Below the pieces are notes generated by a model. That model did not search any database, was not told the DNA's origin, and saw only the letters and a program-made list of their open reading frames with translations. From positions 155,230-219,229 of the forward strand of contig JAZURI010000002.1 in assembly GCA_045606105.1 (NCBI GenBank): a stretch of DNA of 64,000 nucleotides, in the 5' to 3' direction. The position numbers were made by a program, and so were the translations under genes. This document shows, piece after piece, positions 48,001 through 57,072 of the stretch; position 1 is the stretch's first letter; every line of letters begins with the position of its first letter. This stretch comes from Spirochaetia bacterium. Its GTDB lineage: Bacteria; Spirochaetota; Spirochaetia; CADAEX01.

Positions 48001-48447
48001 TCATCTCGGAAGATTTCCGTTTACCGTTATGCATATACCCTTTACGGAAGGAAAATTGAAGCTGATGGTCTTTCTGAGAATCGCTGTGCTCTCCTCAAAG
48101 GTAAGCCCCGTATGGGATGAGGAAAGGACCGCTTCTATCGATAAATCGGCATATACGGTATCGTTCCTGTACAGGAGCCGGTTAAGTCTTGTCCTTTCGG
48201 GAAATATGTTGTCACGGACCAGCAGGGAGGAGCCCAGGAGAGCATCCTTCACAAGCAACTCTATATTCTTTTCGGTATCATGCTTTTCGGCAATCAGGCG
48301 ATGCTCCATGACCACGGCCCTGGAAACCGGCTCCACAAAAAAAAGGGAACGGTCGGTGAATCTGTTTTCCTCGGTAAAGAACCATATCACCGAAAATGAA
48401 ATGAAAACAAACAATGATATAAAATAAATCAGCCACCCTTTTTTCAT
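48001..48447 (-). CDS. Membrane-anchored GerMN-like domain protein
   Basis: 148 aa. N-terminal TM segment, then a region resembling the GerMN domain (LVKDALLGSS...ICITVNGNLP). It sits immediately downstream of the amidase gene. Confidence 0.45.
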   Translation of the reverse strand: MKKGWLIYFISLFVFISFSVIWFFTEENRFTDRSLFFVEPVSRAVVMEHRLIAEKHDTEKNIELLVKDALLGSSLLVRDNIFPERTRLNRLLYRNDTVYADLSIEAVLSSSHTGLTFEESTAILRKTISFNFPSVKGICITVNGNLPR

Positions 48448-48453
48448 GCCGTC

Positions 48454-49530
48454 CTACTCCGAATGCTCGAAATCATATACAAAATCCTGTATCCCATTAT
48501 AAATGCCTTCGCTGATTTTCTGCAAGTAGCTGTTGCTGTTAAGCAGCTCCGCCTCCTTCGGATTTGAAACAAATCCCACCTCTATGAGAACAGAAGGCAC
48601 CTTGGCGTTGCGGACAACAAACCACGATTCCCTTTTTATACCCCGGTTCGGTATTTCACGGCTGATCTTCTTGTCCATGCCGTCAAGGATTGAGCCGGCC
48701 AGTTGGATGCTTTCCCTGGAGAGCTCCTCCTCCGCAATGGTGTTCAGGGCTGTGATAAGGGTCCTGTTGCCGGAATCCACGCTGCCGGAATCGACCACGG
48801 AACGCCTGTATTCGTCAGGCAGACACCATACCTCGAAGCCGTTGGCCTTCTTGTTGAGGGAGGCATTTGCATGAACCGATATGAAAAGGATACTCTCGTT
48901 GGGCTTCAGCTTTATACTGTTGGCCATCCGGACCCTGTCGTCCAGGCTCGGGAAGGTATCTCCCGTACGGCTCATTATTATCTTCTTGTCAGGATATTCC
49001 CTGGAGAGCATATCCTTCAGCTTCTTTCCGATATTAAGGACAACGGTCTTTTCCATTACCCTCACATTCCGGCCTCTGATCCTGTGGGTTCCTATGGCAC
49101 CCGGATCCTTTCCGCCGTGTCCCGGATCTATGAATATGGCAGCCACCCTGTGACCGCTTTTCGTATATACTGCCCTCTGAGCCGGAACCACCTTGTCATG
49201 CTGCCTGACCGCCTCGGCCAGGGAGCCTGAAACCATGAGCATGCCATCTTTCATATAGACAGAGCCGCTGCCCACCTTTTCAGATGAATCGGCCACCATG
49301 AACGGAACCCCGGGCCTGAAGGAATAGGAATATCTGCCGGTCCTCAGCTCACCGTTCTCGCTTCTCGGATCCCAGATTATCTCCCCTTTCAGCTCATCCG
49401 CCAGTGAAAAGATATCCTCGTCCGCTCTGTCTGCCGCGGCGACAGGCAGGGATAAAAGAAGGAAAAGCAGTATGATAATGTACCTGATAAAGGATGCTTT
49501 CAAATAATTCACCGTTATTACAATGGTCAA
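48454..49530 (-). CDS. N-acetylmuramoyl-L-alanine amidase (Amidase_3 / AmiC-like) with an N-terminal AMIN-like region
   Basis: 358 aa. Signal peptide. Catalytic core AIFIDPGHGGKDPGA...SVHANA...IEVGFVSNPKE. Confidence 0.8.
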   Translation of the reverse strand: MTIVITVNYLKASFIRYIIILLFLLLSLPVAAADRADEDIFSLADELKGEIIWDPRSENGELRTGRYSYSFRPGVPFMVADSSEKVGSGSVYMKDGMLMVSGSLAEAVRQHDKVVPAQRAVYTKSGHRVAAIFIDPGHGGKDPGAIGTHRIRGRNVRVMEKTVVLNIGKKLKDMLSREYPDKKIIMSRTGDTFPSLDDRVRMANSIKLKPNESILFISVHANASLNKKANGFEVWCLPDEYRRSVVDSGSVDSGNRTLITALNTIAEEELSRESIQLAGSILDGMDKKISREIPNRGIKRESWFVVRNAKVPSVLIEVGFVSNPKEAELLNSNSYLQKISEGIYNGIQDFVYDFEHSE

Positions 49531-49687
49531 TTATAGTATTTTGCAAGATATCTTGTCAAATGCGGAGCTTTATAAATATTATATATATAAATTTATAATA
49601 AGGGCTCTTTCTTATTGACTATTTTTCACCCTTGTGGTAACTTTTTTAGGCAAATTATCATTTTTACATTATTTTTTAGGAGGACTA

Positions 49688-50206
49688 TTGGCTGAAAAAG
49701 AGTTAAGAATCAATGAAAACATCAGAGTTAGAGAAGTTAGACTGTTGGATGAGAACAACCAGATGCAGGGTGTAGTTTCAATCCAGGAGGCACTTACTTT
49801 AGCACAGGAGAGGGGCTACGATCTGGTAGAGGTGGCACCCCAGGCAAGTCCGCCGGTCTGCAAGCTGCTGGACTACGGAAAGTTTGTTTTCGATCAGGAA
49901 AAGAAACTCAAGGAATCAAAGAAAAAGCAGAAGCAGATTAAATTAAAAGAAGTAAGAATGCAGCCATTAATAGAAATTCATGATTTGCAGTTCAAGACAA
50001 AACATGTAAAAGAATTTCTCGACGAAGGTAACAAAGTTAAGATCACTGTCAGATTCAAGGGTCGCCAGCTTGCCCACACCGATTTGGGAAGGGATACGCT
50101 GAACAAGATTCTGGAGCTTCTGGACGGTGAGTATATCCTTGACAAGCCGCCTATGATGGAAGGTCGGTTTATGTCTATGTTATTAAATCCAAAAGGTAAA
50201 AAATAG
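49688..50206 (+). CDS. infC: Translation initiation factor IF-3 (probable non-ATG start)
   Basis: The conserved IF-3 N- and C-domains ([43 protein letters not shown]...) are present. There is no ATG near the 5' end. The best candidate is the in-frame TTG at 49688, just after AGGAGG. infC classically uses a rare start (AUU in E. coli). Confidence 0.75.
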   Translation: MAEKELRINENIRVREVRLLDENNQMQGVVSIQEALTLAQERGYDLVEVAPQASPPVCKLLDYGKFVFDQEKKLKESKKKQKQIKLKEVRMQPLIEIHDLQFKTKHVKEFLDEGNKVKITVRFKGRQLAHTDLGRDTLNKILELLDGEYILDKPPMMEGRFMSMLLNPKGKK

Positions 50207-50217
50207 GAGGCTTCAAA

Positions 50218-50415
50218 ATGCCAAAAATGAAGACAAGAAAAGCTGCGGCAAAAAGATATTCTCTTACCGCAACCGGCAAGGTAAAATACAAGAAGATGGG
50301 TCTGCGCCACATTCTCACAAAGAAATCAACAAAGAGAAAGAGAAACCTCAGACATTCCGGAATTCTCAGCAAAGCTGAAACAGCAAGAGCTAAAGTATTA
50401 ATGCCTTACAGCTGA
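50218..50415 (+). CDS. rpmI: 50S ribosomal protein L35
   Basis: 65 aa: [26 protein letters not shown]... Confidence 0.9.
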   Translation: MPKMKTRKAAAKRYSLTATGKVKYKKMGLRHILTKKSTKRKRNLRHSGILSKAETARAKVLMPYS

Positions 50416-50439
50416 ACAAAAAATTAAAGGAGAAGAATT

Positions 50440-50799
50440 ATGCCAAGAGCAGTCGACGGAACAAGACGTCATGATAGAAGAAAAAAGATTTTAGAGAGAG
50501 CAAAAGGTTACAGAGGTTCCAGAAGCCTTCTTTTCAAGACAGCAAAGGAAACCGTAGCAAGAGCGCTTCAGAACTCATACGACCACAGAAAGCAGAGAAG
50601 AAGAAACTTCAGAGCTCTCTGGATTGCCAGAATTTCAGCTGAATGCAGAAACCAGGGTATCACATACTCAAGATTCATGAACGGCCTCACAAAGGCAAAC
50701 ATCGTTCTGAACAGAAAAGCCCTTTCCAACATGGCAATCGAGGATAAGGCTGCTTTCACAGCACTTATTGAAAAAGCAAAGGCTGCACTGGAAGCCTGA
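50440..50799 (+). CDS. rplT: 50S ribosomal protein L20
   Basis: 119 aa: MPRAVDGTRRHDRRKKILERAKGYRGSRSLLFKTAKETV... Confidence 0.9.
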   Translation: MPRAVDGTRRHDRRKKILERAKGYRGSRSLLFKTAKETVARALQNSYDHRKQRRRNFRALWIARISAECRNQGITYSRFMNGLTKANIVLNRKALSNMAIEDKAAFTALIEKAKAALEA

Positions 50800-50819
50800 C
50801 ATACTGAGGGAGAATCAGC

Positions 50820-51191
50820 ATGAGCACAATCGAACAGATCAGATTACTTGCGGGAAAAATTGAAAAGGCCGTTGAAACAATCAAGGCATTCAAGGCTGAA
50901 AACATCCGGCTCAAGGAAGAGCTGGCAAAGGCTAAAGCAAGGGAAGAGGAGCTGGAAAACCTCGTCGCATCATACAAAAGCGGAAGCGAAGATGTGGATG
51001 ACGGAATTGCATATGCAATCAAGCTTCTTGATGAAATCGAACTGGAAGATTCTGCCGCTGCTCCCGAAATTATTCCTGCCGAAGAGCTCAACCGGGCTCA
51101 GGCAGAGAATTTTACCCTTTCTGCACAGGAAGAAGAGAGCCTGGATATCGATCTGGATAACAGCGGCAGCGAGCAGCTTAACATTTTCTGA
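50820..51191 (+). CDS. Coiled-coil protein resembling cell-division factor ZapB
   Basis: 123 aa. The N-terminus QIRLLAGKIEKAVETIKAFKAENIRLKEEL parallels the ZapB pattern ([24 protein letters not shown]). An acidic C-terminal tail follows. It sits immediately upstream of zapA. Confidence 0.45.
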   Translation: MSTIEQIRLLAGKIEKAVETIKAFKAENIRLKEELAKAKAREEELENLVASYKSGSEDVDDGIAYAIKLLDEIELEDSAAAPEIIPAEELNRAQAENFTLSAQEEESLDIDLDNSGSEQLNIF

Positions 51192-51202
51192 TTCCTGACT
51201 GT

Positions 51203-51487
51203 ATGAAAAATACTGTAAAGATCAATTTATTGGGTTCATCCTTCACCATCAAGGTTGATGATGAACCTGAATATGTCAATAAAATCGTCGCTTATGCCGA
51301 TGAGCGGATAAAAAAGATTCAATCAACAATTACTAACGAAAATCCCTTGAGAATATCTTTATTAGCGTGTATATTTATAATAGATGAGCTTTTTAAGGAA
51401 CGTGATTTTTCCGAAAGGGAAAGAAAGAGGATTGCGGATATCACGGAACAGCTTATCAGCAGTATAGATTCTGCTATAGAAGAATAA
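51203..51487 (+). CDS. zapA: Cell division protein ZapA
   Basis: 94 aa. VKINLLGSSFTIKVDDEPEYVNKIVAYADERIKKI...LLACIFIIDEL follows the ZapA pattern (V.I.I.G..Y.L...D.E..L..AA.VD....FIAALNISYEL). Confidence 0.65.
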   Translation: MKNTVKINLLGSSFTIKVDDEPEYVNKIVAYADERIKKIQSTITNENPLRISLLACIFIIDELFKERDFSERERKRIADITEQLISSIDSAIEE

Positions 51488-51489
51488 TA

Positions 51490-51665
51490 TTTGCCTGCGG
51501 AGTTCGGGCGGAGTGGAAATCTCTTGGGACAAACTATAATATAGGGATTTTTTATACAATAATTGAAGCTCTTTCGCAGAGTATTCATGATATTGAACTA
51601 CTAAAAACCCACGTGAACATTAGTTCAAGAGATTATCTCCAAGCGGCTTTGCGGGTTTTTTATAA
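51490..51665 (+). ncRNA. Candidate 6S-like regulatory RNA (ssrS) downstream of zapA
   Basis: About 175 nt noncoding stretch. The 5' segment (GGAG..AATCTCTTG) can pair with the 3' segment (CAAGAGATT..CTCC) across an AT-rich interior, and it ends in GCGGGTTTTTT. ssrS lies directly downstream of zapA in E. coli and relatives. Confidence 0.3.
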
Positions 51666-51680
51666 TAAAACGGAGAACCG

Positions 51681-52517
51681 ATGACCAGATATCTTGCATT
51701 AACGGCTTTTACCTTATGTCTGCTTTTCTCTTCCTGTGCCACATTGTCAGAAACAGGTACAACCGGCTCTTCCGAAACATCTCAGTCTGAAACAGTTGAA
51801 AAATTCCAAAAAAAGCATGTCCCTATAAAGGAAATCAGGAGACAGAACGGTCTTATCATGTCCTACTCTGTTTTCAAGTACGGAAACGACAGGTATACTC
51901 CTGCAGAAATAAACATCTATGACAGGCACAGCATCCTTACCGAAAAGATCCTTACCGAAAAGCTCGGTATCAGAACCGAAAAAAAGAGTTTTATGGATGC
52001 AGACAACAATATCCACAGATACTATGTCATCACCAGGGACGAAAAGGGAAATATCGTGGAGCAGATTCTTTTCGGAGGCTCCAACCGCCTCATTGCCGTG
52101 GAGGAGTTTGTCTACGATGACCTGGGAAACAAAACTGAATGGAGAGCCTACAACAGCAGCGAGGTTCTTCTTACCTTCAACAGATATCAATATGAAAACG
52201 GCCTCAATACAAGAACCGACAGCTATCATGCAGACGGTACACCGGCAGAATATTTCATAAACAGATACGACAGGGCCGGAAACCTGACAGTCACCGAACA
52301 TTATGACAGTTCCGGCCGGCTGCTGGGAATCCACAGGACCACATACAAGAACGGTCTGATTTTCAGGGAGGAATCCCTGGGAAAGAACAAGGAAACCGAG
52401 TGGTACATTACCTACATATACAGCGACCAGTACAGAAAGGTGACAAAAACCACATGGTCGGCCTCAGGTGAGGAACTGGAACAGGTAGAACAGACCTGTA
52501 TCCTTCTGGACAGATAA
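51681..52517 (+). CDS. Lipoprotein with YD/RHS-like repeats
   Basis: 278 aa. Lipobox LFSSC. Tandem degenerate repeats with the YDxxGRL-type motif (RYDRAGNLTVTEHYDSSGRLLGIH, FVYDDLGNKTEW, RYQYENGLNTRTDSY). Confidence 0.5.
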   Translation: MTRYLALTAFTLCLLFSSCATLSETGTTGSSETSQSETVEKFQKKHVPIKEIRRQNGLIMSYSVFKYGNDRYTPAEINIYDRHSILTEKILTEKLGIRTEKKSFMDADNNIHRYYVITRDEKGNIVEQILFGGSNRLIAVEEFVYDDLGNKTEWRAYNSSEVLLTFNRYQYENGLNTRTDSYHADGTPAEYFINRYDRAGNLTVTEHYDSSGRLLGIHRTTYKNGLIFREESLGKNKETEWYITYIYSDQYRKVTKTTWSASGEELEQVEQTCILLDR

Positions 52518-52526
52518 GGGGGAATC

Positions 52527-53699
52527 ATGAAAAAGCTTTCAATCATCATGATTTTAATCCTTCTTCATACCTTCTCCGCCTATGCCGGGGACCATGCAAG
52601 AAATGCAGCATGGCTCAGAATAATGAACAGCTCCGAATTCGAATACAGAACCGAAATACTCAATACTGTTTTCGATGAAAATGACCGCTATGTAAAAAAA
52701 GCCCTTCTGAACGACCTTCAGGAAAGCATGCACGGAAACAAGTTTGCCCACGTGGCTCCCGACAAGCTGGAAAACTATCAGGGAATGATTGTACGGAGAC
52801 TTGGAATCCTGAATGACAAGGCCTCTGCGGAAAACATATATTATTTAATGGAAAATACCGGTAATTCCGCACTGAAACGGGAAGCGGTCACCGCTTTGGG
52901 TAAAATCGGAGCAGTCAGATACGGAAATACCATTACCGACATGCTTACCGAGGCAAATTCAAGACAGTATTTCCTTACGGAATCAGGATATGTAAATGCG
53001 GCAGAAGAAAATGCCCTTGATGCGGCAGCTGCGGTTGATGCAATAGAGAACATGTATCTTGAACAGAGCTATGAACCGGTTTTCAGGGCATATGCCTGCG
53101 GATACCCGAAGGAGAGCAATGTTGCGTCAAAAGCGGAAAAGGTTCTTTTTTCACTTTCCCCCAACCCTACCTCTGAACTGAAGAAAATAGCATCGAAGGA
53201 AAACAATCCTGAAATGCTGGGTCATATACTGGATATCCATGAAGCATCCGAAGCCACATTGCAAGAAAAGGGAGAAATTGCCTCCGTTATTCTTAACAAG
53301 GCTGCTGAAAACGGATTCCTTCCGGGAAATTATATTGAAAGAAGCTGTTACCTGATAGAAAAAGGGGGAACCGGCGTATCCGGAGGAGACAAGGCAGTCA
53401 AGGCTGTTCTCGAAGGAGACATTGATAGGGATATTACCGAAAGAATAATTGCAATTGCCCCGCTCTGCAAAAACGGAATCAAGGAGTTGGATTCATATCT
53501 CCGGAACCAGATAAAGCTGAATCAGACTGGCAAAGGGGATTTCGGCCAGAGGGAAAAGATTGTGGCTGTAATAAATACTTTCGGAAATACCGGCTCCAGA
53601 GAACATCTCAACACACTGATCAGAGTCAGAACGGCAGGATGGCCTGAAAACATAGTTTCGGCCACTGAACAGGCTATTGACAAAATACTGGACAGATAA
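52527..53699 (+). CDS. Secreted HEAT/PBS-lyase-like repeat protein
   Basis: 390 aa. Signal peptide LLHTFSAYAG. Repeats of the AxxALGKIGAVRYGNT type. Confidence 0.45.
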   Translation: MKKLSIIMILILLHTFSAYAGDHARNAAWLRIMNSSEFEYRTEILNTVFDENDRYVKKALLNDLQESMHGNKFAHVAPDKLENYQGMIVRRLGILNDKASAENIYYLMENTGNSALKREAVTALGKIGAVRYGNTITDMLTEANSRQYFLTESGYVNAAEENALDAAAAVDAIENMYLEQSYEPVFRAYACGYPKESNVASKAEKVLFSLSPNPTSELKKIASKENNPEMLGHILDIHEASEATLQEKGEIASVILNKAAENGFLPGNYIERSCYLIEKGGTGVSGGDKAVKAVLEGDIDRDITERIIAIAPLCKNGIKELDSYLRNQIKLNQTGKGDFGQREKIVAVINTFGNTGSREHLNTLIRVRTAGWPENIVSATEQAIDKILDR

Positions 53700-53700
53700 G

Positions 53701-55659
53701 CTACATCAGATTTACCGGATCCACATCCGATTCCATATATACACCGAAAGGGGTCCTGAACTGACCGGCCAGTGAGGCAAGTATACTGTGGGAGCAGGAA
53801 AAATCCGAAGTGTTTACTATTATCTGATAACGATGATTATCGGACAGAACAGCAATAGGGGCTTCAGCCGGTCCCATTACATTGAAAAGACCTGACGATG
53901 AGGCTTTTAACCGGCCGGCAAACTCAGCAGCTGCATTACAGGCCTTTTCCCTGTCCCTGCTCCTGAAAACAAACCTGAAAAGCCTGGAAAAAGGGGGAAA
54001 ACCCATTCCCTGCCTGAAACTCAGCTCTCTGGAATAAAAACCCTCTTCATCATTGCGGGCCGCACAGGTTATGGCATAATTATCAGGTCTGTAGGTCTGA
54101 ATTATAACCTTGCCCCCTTCAAAAAAGCGACCTGCTCTTCCCGAAACCTGGGTAAGAAGGGAATAAGTCCGTTCCGCCGCCCTGAAATCAGGCATCTGCA
54201 GCGTGGTATCAGCCAGGATTATCCCCACCAACGATACCGAAGGAAAGTTGAAGCCCTTGGCTACCATCTGGGTTCCCAGAAGGATATCGGCCTCCTTACG
54301 GGCAAAGGCAGACAGCACCGCTCCTGTCTTTTCCTTGTCTGTGGCCGTATCGCTGTCCAGACGAAGAATTTTCATGTAAGGAAAAAGATTTCTTATATCC
54401 TCCTCTGTCTTTTCCGTTCCGAAGCCGCTGTATCCCACATCAAGACCTCCGCATCCGGGACAGACCCTGGATGGAGATACGGAATAGCCGCAGTAATGAC
54501 AGATAAGAAGATTTCTGCTTCTGTGATAGGTAAGAGGAACCGAGCAATGGGTGCATTTCATTTCAAAACCGCAGTTCTGACAGGAAAAATTATAGAAAAA
54601 TCCCCTTCTGTTAAGGAAAAGAATGGTCTGTTTTCCCTGAGAATAGGCATTGTAGATTTCATTTTTCAGAACCGCAGAAATGGATGAGGTCTGTCTGTTC
54701 ATGTCCACTATGCTGATTTCAGGCATGACACCGCCGGAAACCCTGCAGGGAAGCTCCAGATGAGTCAGAATTCCCTTTTTCATCAGATAATATGCTTCCA
54801 CCGACGGGGTTGCACTTCCCATCAGCACCTTTGCATTCTCCCTTTTTGCCCTGTACATTGCCACCTGGCGGGCATGGTACCGGGGAGAAGAGCCCGATTT
54901 ATAGGAGTTTTCATGCTCCTCATCTATGATCACAAGCCCCAGATTCCTTACCGGAGCAAAAACCGCACTTCTGGCACCGATGACAAACCTTGCCTCACCC
55001 CGCTGTATAAGCTTCCATTGCTTGAGCCGCATTGAAGGGGTAAGGGCTGAATGAAGCACCGCCACCGCAGAGCCGAACCTTTTTTTCACCGCATCCAGCA
55101 TCTGGTGCGACAGGGCTATTTCAGGTACAAGATAAATAATACCTCTCCCCTGAGCCATAAGTCTTTCGGCAAGGGTGAAAAAGACCTCTGTCTTTCCGCT
55201 GCCTGTAACACCGTGAAGGTAAAAAAGGGACTCATTCCCTTCACTGACCCTGAGAACGGCTTTTTCCTGAGCTTCTGTCAGGGTATGCCCCTCTGAAAAG
55301 CCGTAATCTGCGGCCGGCTCATCCTCCAGCTCCTTTTCCTTTTTTCCTCCGGGAAGAATGGCATGAAGCGCCTCTCCCCAGCCGCACATATACATGTCCC
55401 CCATCCAGAGGGCCATCTGCCAGCAGGAAGAATCGAAAAGTGGTTCCGTTTCCATTATCCTGGATATTTTTTTCAGTTCAAAGGAGGGGTTAGGATTTTC
55501 TGACAGGATATCCACCACATAGCCCTGCATTTCCCGCCGGCCGAAAGGGACCTTGACACGCATGCCGATACCGCACTCCCCCTTTTCGCAGGGAAGATAG
55601 GTAAAGACCTGTCTCAATGGGAGATTCAATGCTACCTGTATGAATTTTCCGTCACTCAT
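53701..55659 (-). CDS. priA: Primosomal protein N-prime (replication restart helicase PriA)
   Basis: 652 aa. Walker A GVTGSGKTE, DEEH box, the Cys-rich zinc-binding insertion (CQNCGFEMKCTHC...CHYCG...CPGCG) and the C-terminal domain. Confidence 0.9.
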   Translation of the reverse strand: MSDGKFIQVALNLPLRQVFTYLPCEKGECGIGMRVKVPFGRREMQGYVVDILSENPNPSFELKKISRIMETEPLFDSSCWQMALWMGDMYMCGWGEALHAILPGGKKEKELEDEPAADYGFSEGHTLTEAQEKAVLRVSEGNESLFYLHGVTGSGKTEVFFTLAERLMAQGRGIIYLVPEIALSHQMLDAVKKRFGSAVAVLHSALTPSMRLKQWKLIQRGEARFVIGARSAVFAPVRNLGLVIIDEEHENSYKSGSSPRYHARQVAMYRAKRENAKVLMGSATPSVEAYYLMKKGILTHLELPCRVSGGVMPEISIVDMNRQTSSISAVLKNEIYNAYSQGKQTILFLNRRGFFYNFSCQNCGFEMKCTHCSVPLTYHRSRNLLICHYCGYSVSPSRVCPGCGGLDVGYSGFGTEKTEEDIRNLFPYMKILRLDSDTATDKEKTGAVLSAFARKEADILLGTQMVAKGFNFPSVSLVGIILADTTLQMPDFRAAERTYSLLTQVSGRAGRFFEGGKVIIQTYRPDNYAITCAARNDEEGFYSRELSFRQGMGFPPFSRLFRFVFRSRDREKACNAAAEFAGRLKASSSGLFNVMGPAEAPIAVLSDNHRYQIIVNTSDFSCSHSILASLAGQFRTPFGVYMESDVDPVNLM

Positions 55660-56341
55660 TCTTTAATTTTTCCAGCTCTTCCTTAAGCCTTTTAAGATCG
55701 TCCCAGACTGCTCTCCTGAGAGAGGGATCTCTGAGGACACCGCTGGGATGATAGGTCGGAATCAGCGGAATACCGTTGAACCGGTATGTCCTTCCCCTGA
55801 GTCTTCCCAGAGGAGATTCATCTCCTATAAGGGTCTGTGCCGCAATTCTCCCTACCGTCAGTATCATCCTGGGTCTGAGAATTTCAATCTGTCTTCTGAG
55901 GAAAGGGATACAGACCTCTATTTCATCAGGCCGGGGATCCCTGTTTCCCGGAGGACGGCATTTAACCACATTTGCAATAAAGCAATCCCTGTGCCGGCTC
56001 ATTCCTATGGCATCCAGCCACTTGTCCAGATACTGCCCTGCCTTGCCCACAAACGGAATACCGCTGACATCCTCGTCTGCACCCGGCCCTTCGCCTACCA
56101 CCAGCAGATCAGGCCGTTCAACACCGAAGCCTGGTACCGCCTTTATTCTCCTTTCACAGAGTCTGCATCCTGTGCAGGCTGAAACCTCCCCGGCCACCGC
56201 ATCAAGGGAGTCATTCATTTTCTCCGCACTACTGCACTTCAGCATCACCGGAGAAAGGGGACGGTTCATGCTCCTTCCGTATTTTACAATATCCTCAAAA
56301 TCATTTATAAGCTTCCAGTATTCGTTATCAAAATCAGTCAT
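55652..56341 (-). CDS. Uracil-DNA glycosylase, family 4 (4Fe-4S UDG)
   Basis: 229 aa. CTGCRLCE, GEGPGADED and FVGKAGQYL motifs of family-4 UDG. Confidence 0.8.
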   Translation of the reverse strand: MTDFDNEYWKLINDFEDIVKYGRSMNRPLSPVMLKCSSAEKMNDSLDAVAGEVSACTGCRLCERRIKAVPGFGVERPDLLVVGEGPGADEDVSGIPFVGKAGQYLDKWLDAIGMSRHRDCFIANVVKCRPPGNRDPRPDEIEVCIPFLRRQIEILRPRMILTVGRIAAQTLIGDESPLGRLRGRTYRFNGIPLIPTYHPSGVLRDPSLRRAVWDDLKRLKEELEKLKNE

Positions 56342-57071
56342 ATATCACCCTGTCGAGAAAAAGCCCCCTGGCTGCGGCACAGGCTCCGGCACAATCCCTG
56401 TTACGGGCCTCCAGTATCCGGCTCATGTCATCGGAGGAAAGCCCCTTGTTGTACAGCTCCAGCACGGTTCCCACTATGGAACGGACCATCCTCCGGAGAA
56501 ATCCGTCGGCCGATACCTTGAACACGGTATAACCGCGGCTCTGGTAAAAAACTGCCGATTTTATGGTTCTGGACATGGGATAACCCTCCTCCATCACGGA
56601 AGAAAAGGAGGTAAAATCATGATATCCCACCAGAGGTGCCACTATTTCATTAAGACGGTTCAGGTCCGGATTTTCCTTTATTCCGAGACAATACCGGGCA
56701 AGCCAGGGATAGCACATGGAGTTCGGCAGCATATAGTATTTGTATACACGCTCCACGGCATCGAACCTTGCATGAAAGCCTTCATCAACCTGTTCGCTTT
56801 TTATTATCCTGATATCGCCGGGGAGAAAGGCATTGATGGCATCCCTGTATTTTTCCTGAGGTATCCTCATGTCGGTATAAAAATTGGCACACTGACCGGC
56901 AGCATGGACACCGGAATCGGTTCTCCCCGCCCCTGTAATCTTCACCGGAAAACCGTGAAGCTTTTCCAATGCCTTTTCAAGCCGTTCCTGAACAGTATCC
57001 TCGGTGTTCTGAATCTGCCAGCCGCAGTAGTTGGTTCCGTCATAGGCTATAGTAAGCTTTATGTTTGACAC
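56334..57071 (-). CDS. truA: tRNA pseudouridine(38-40) synthase
   Basis: 245 aa. Catalytic motif GAGRTDSGVHAAGQ. Confidence 0.85.
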   Translation of the reverse strand: MSNIKLTIAYDGTNYCGWQIQNTEDTVQERLEKALEKLHGFPVKITGAGRTDSGVHAAGQCANFYTDMRIPQEKYRDAINAFLPGDIRIIKSEQVDEGFHARFDAVERVYKYYMLPNSMCYPWLARYCLGIKENPDLNRLNEIVAPLVGYHDFTSFSSVMEEGYPMSRTIKSAVFYQSRGYTVFKVSADGFLRRMVRSIVGTVLELYNKGLSSDDMSRILEARNRDCAGACAAARGLFLDRVIYD

Positions 57072-57072
57072 C

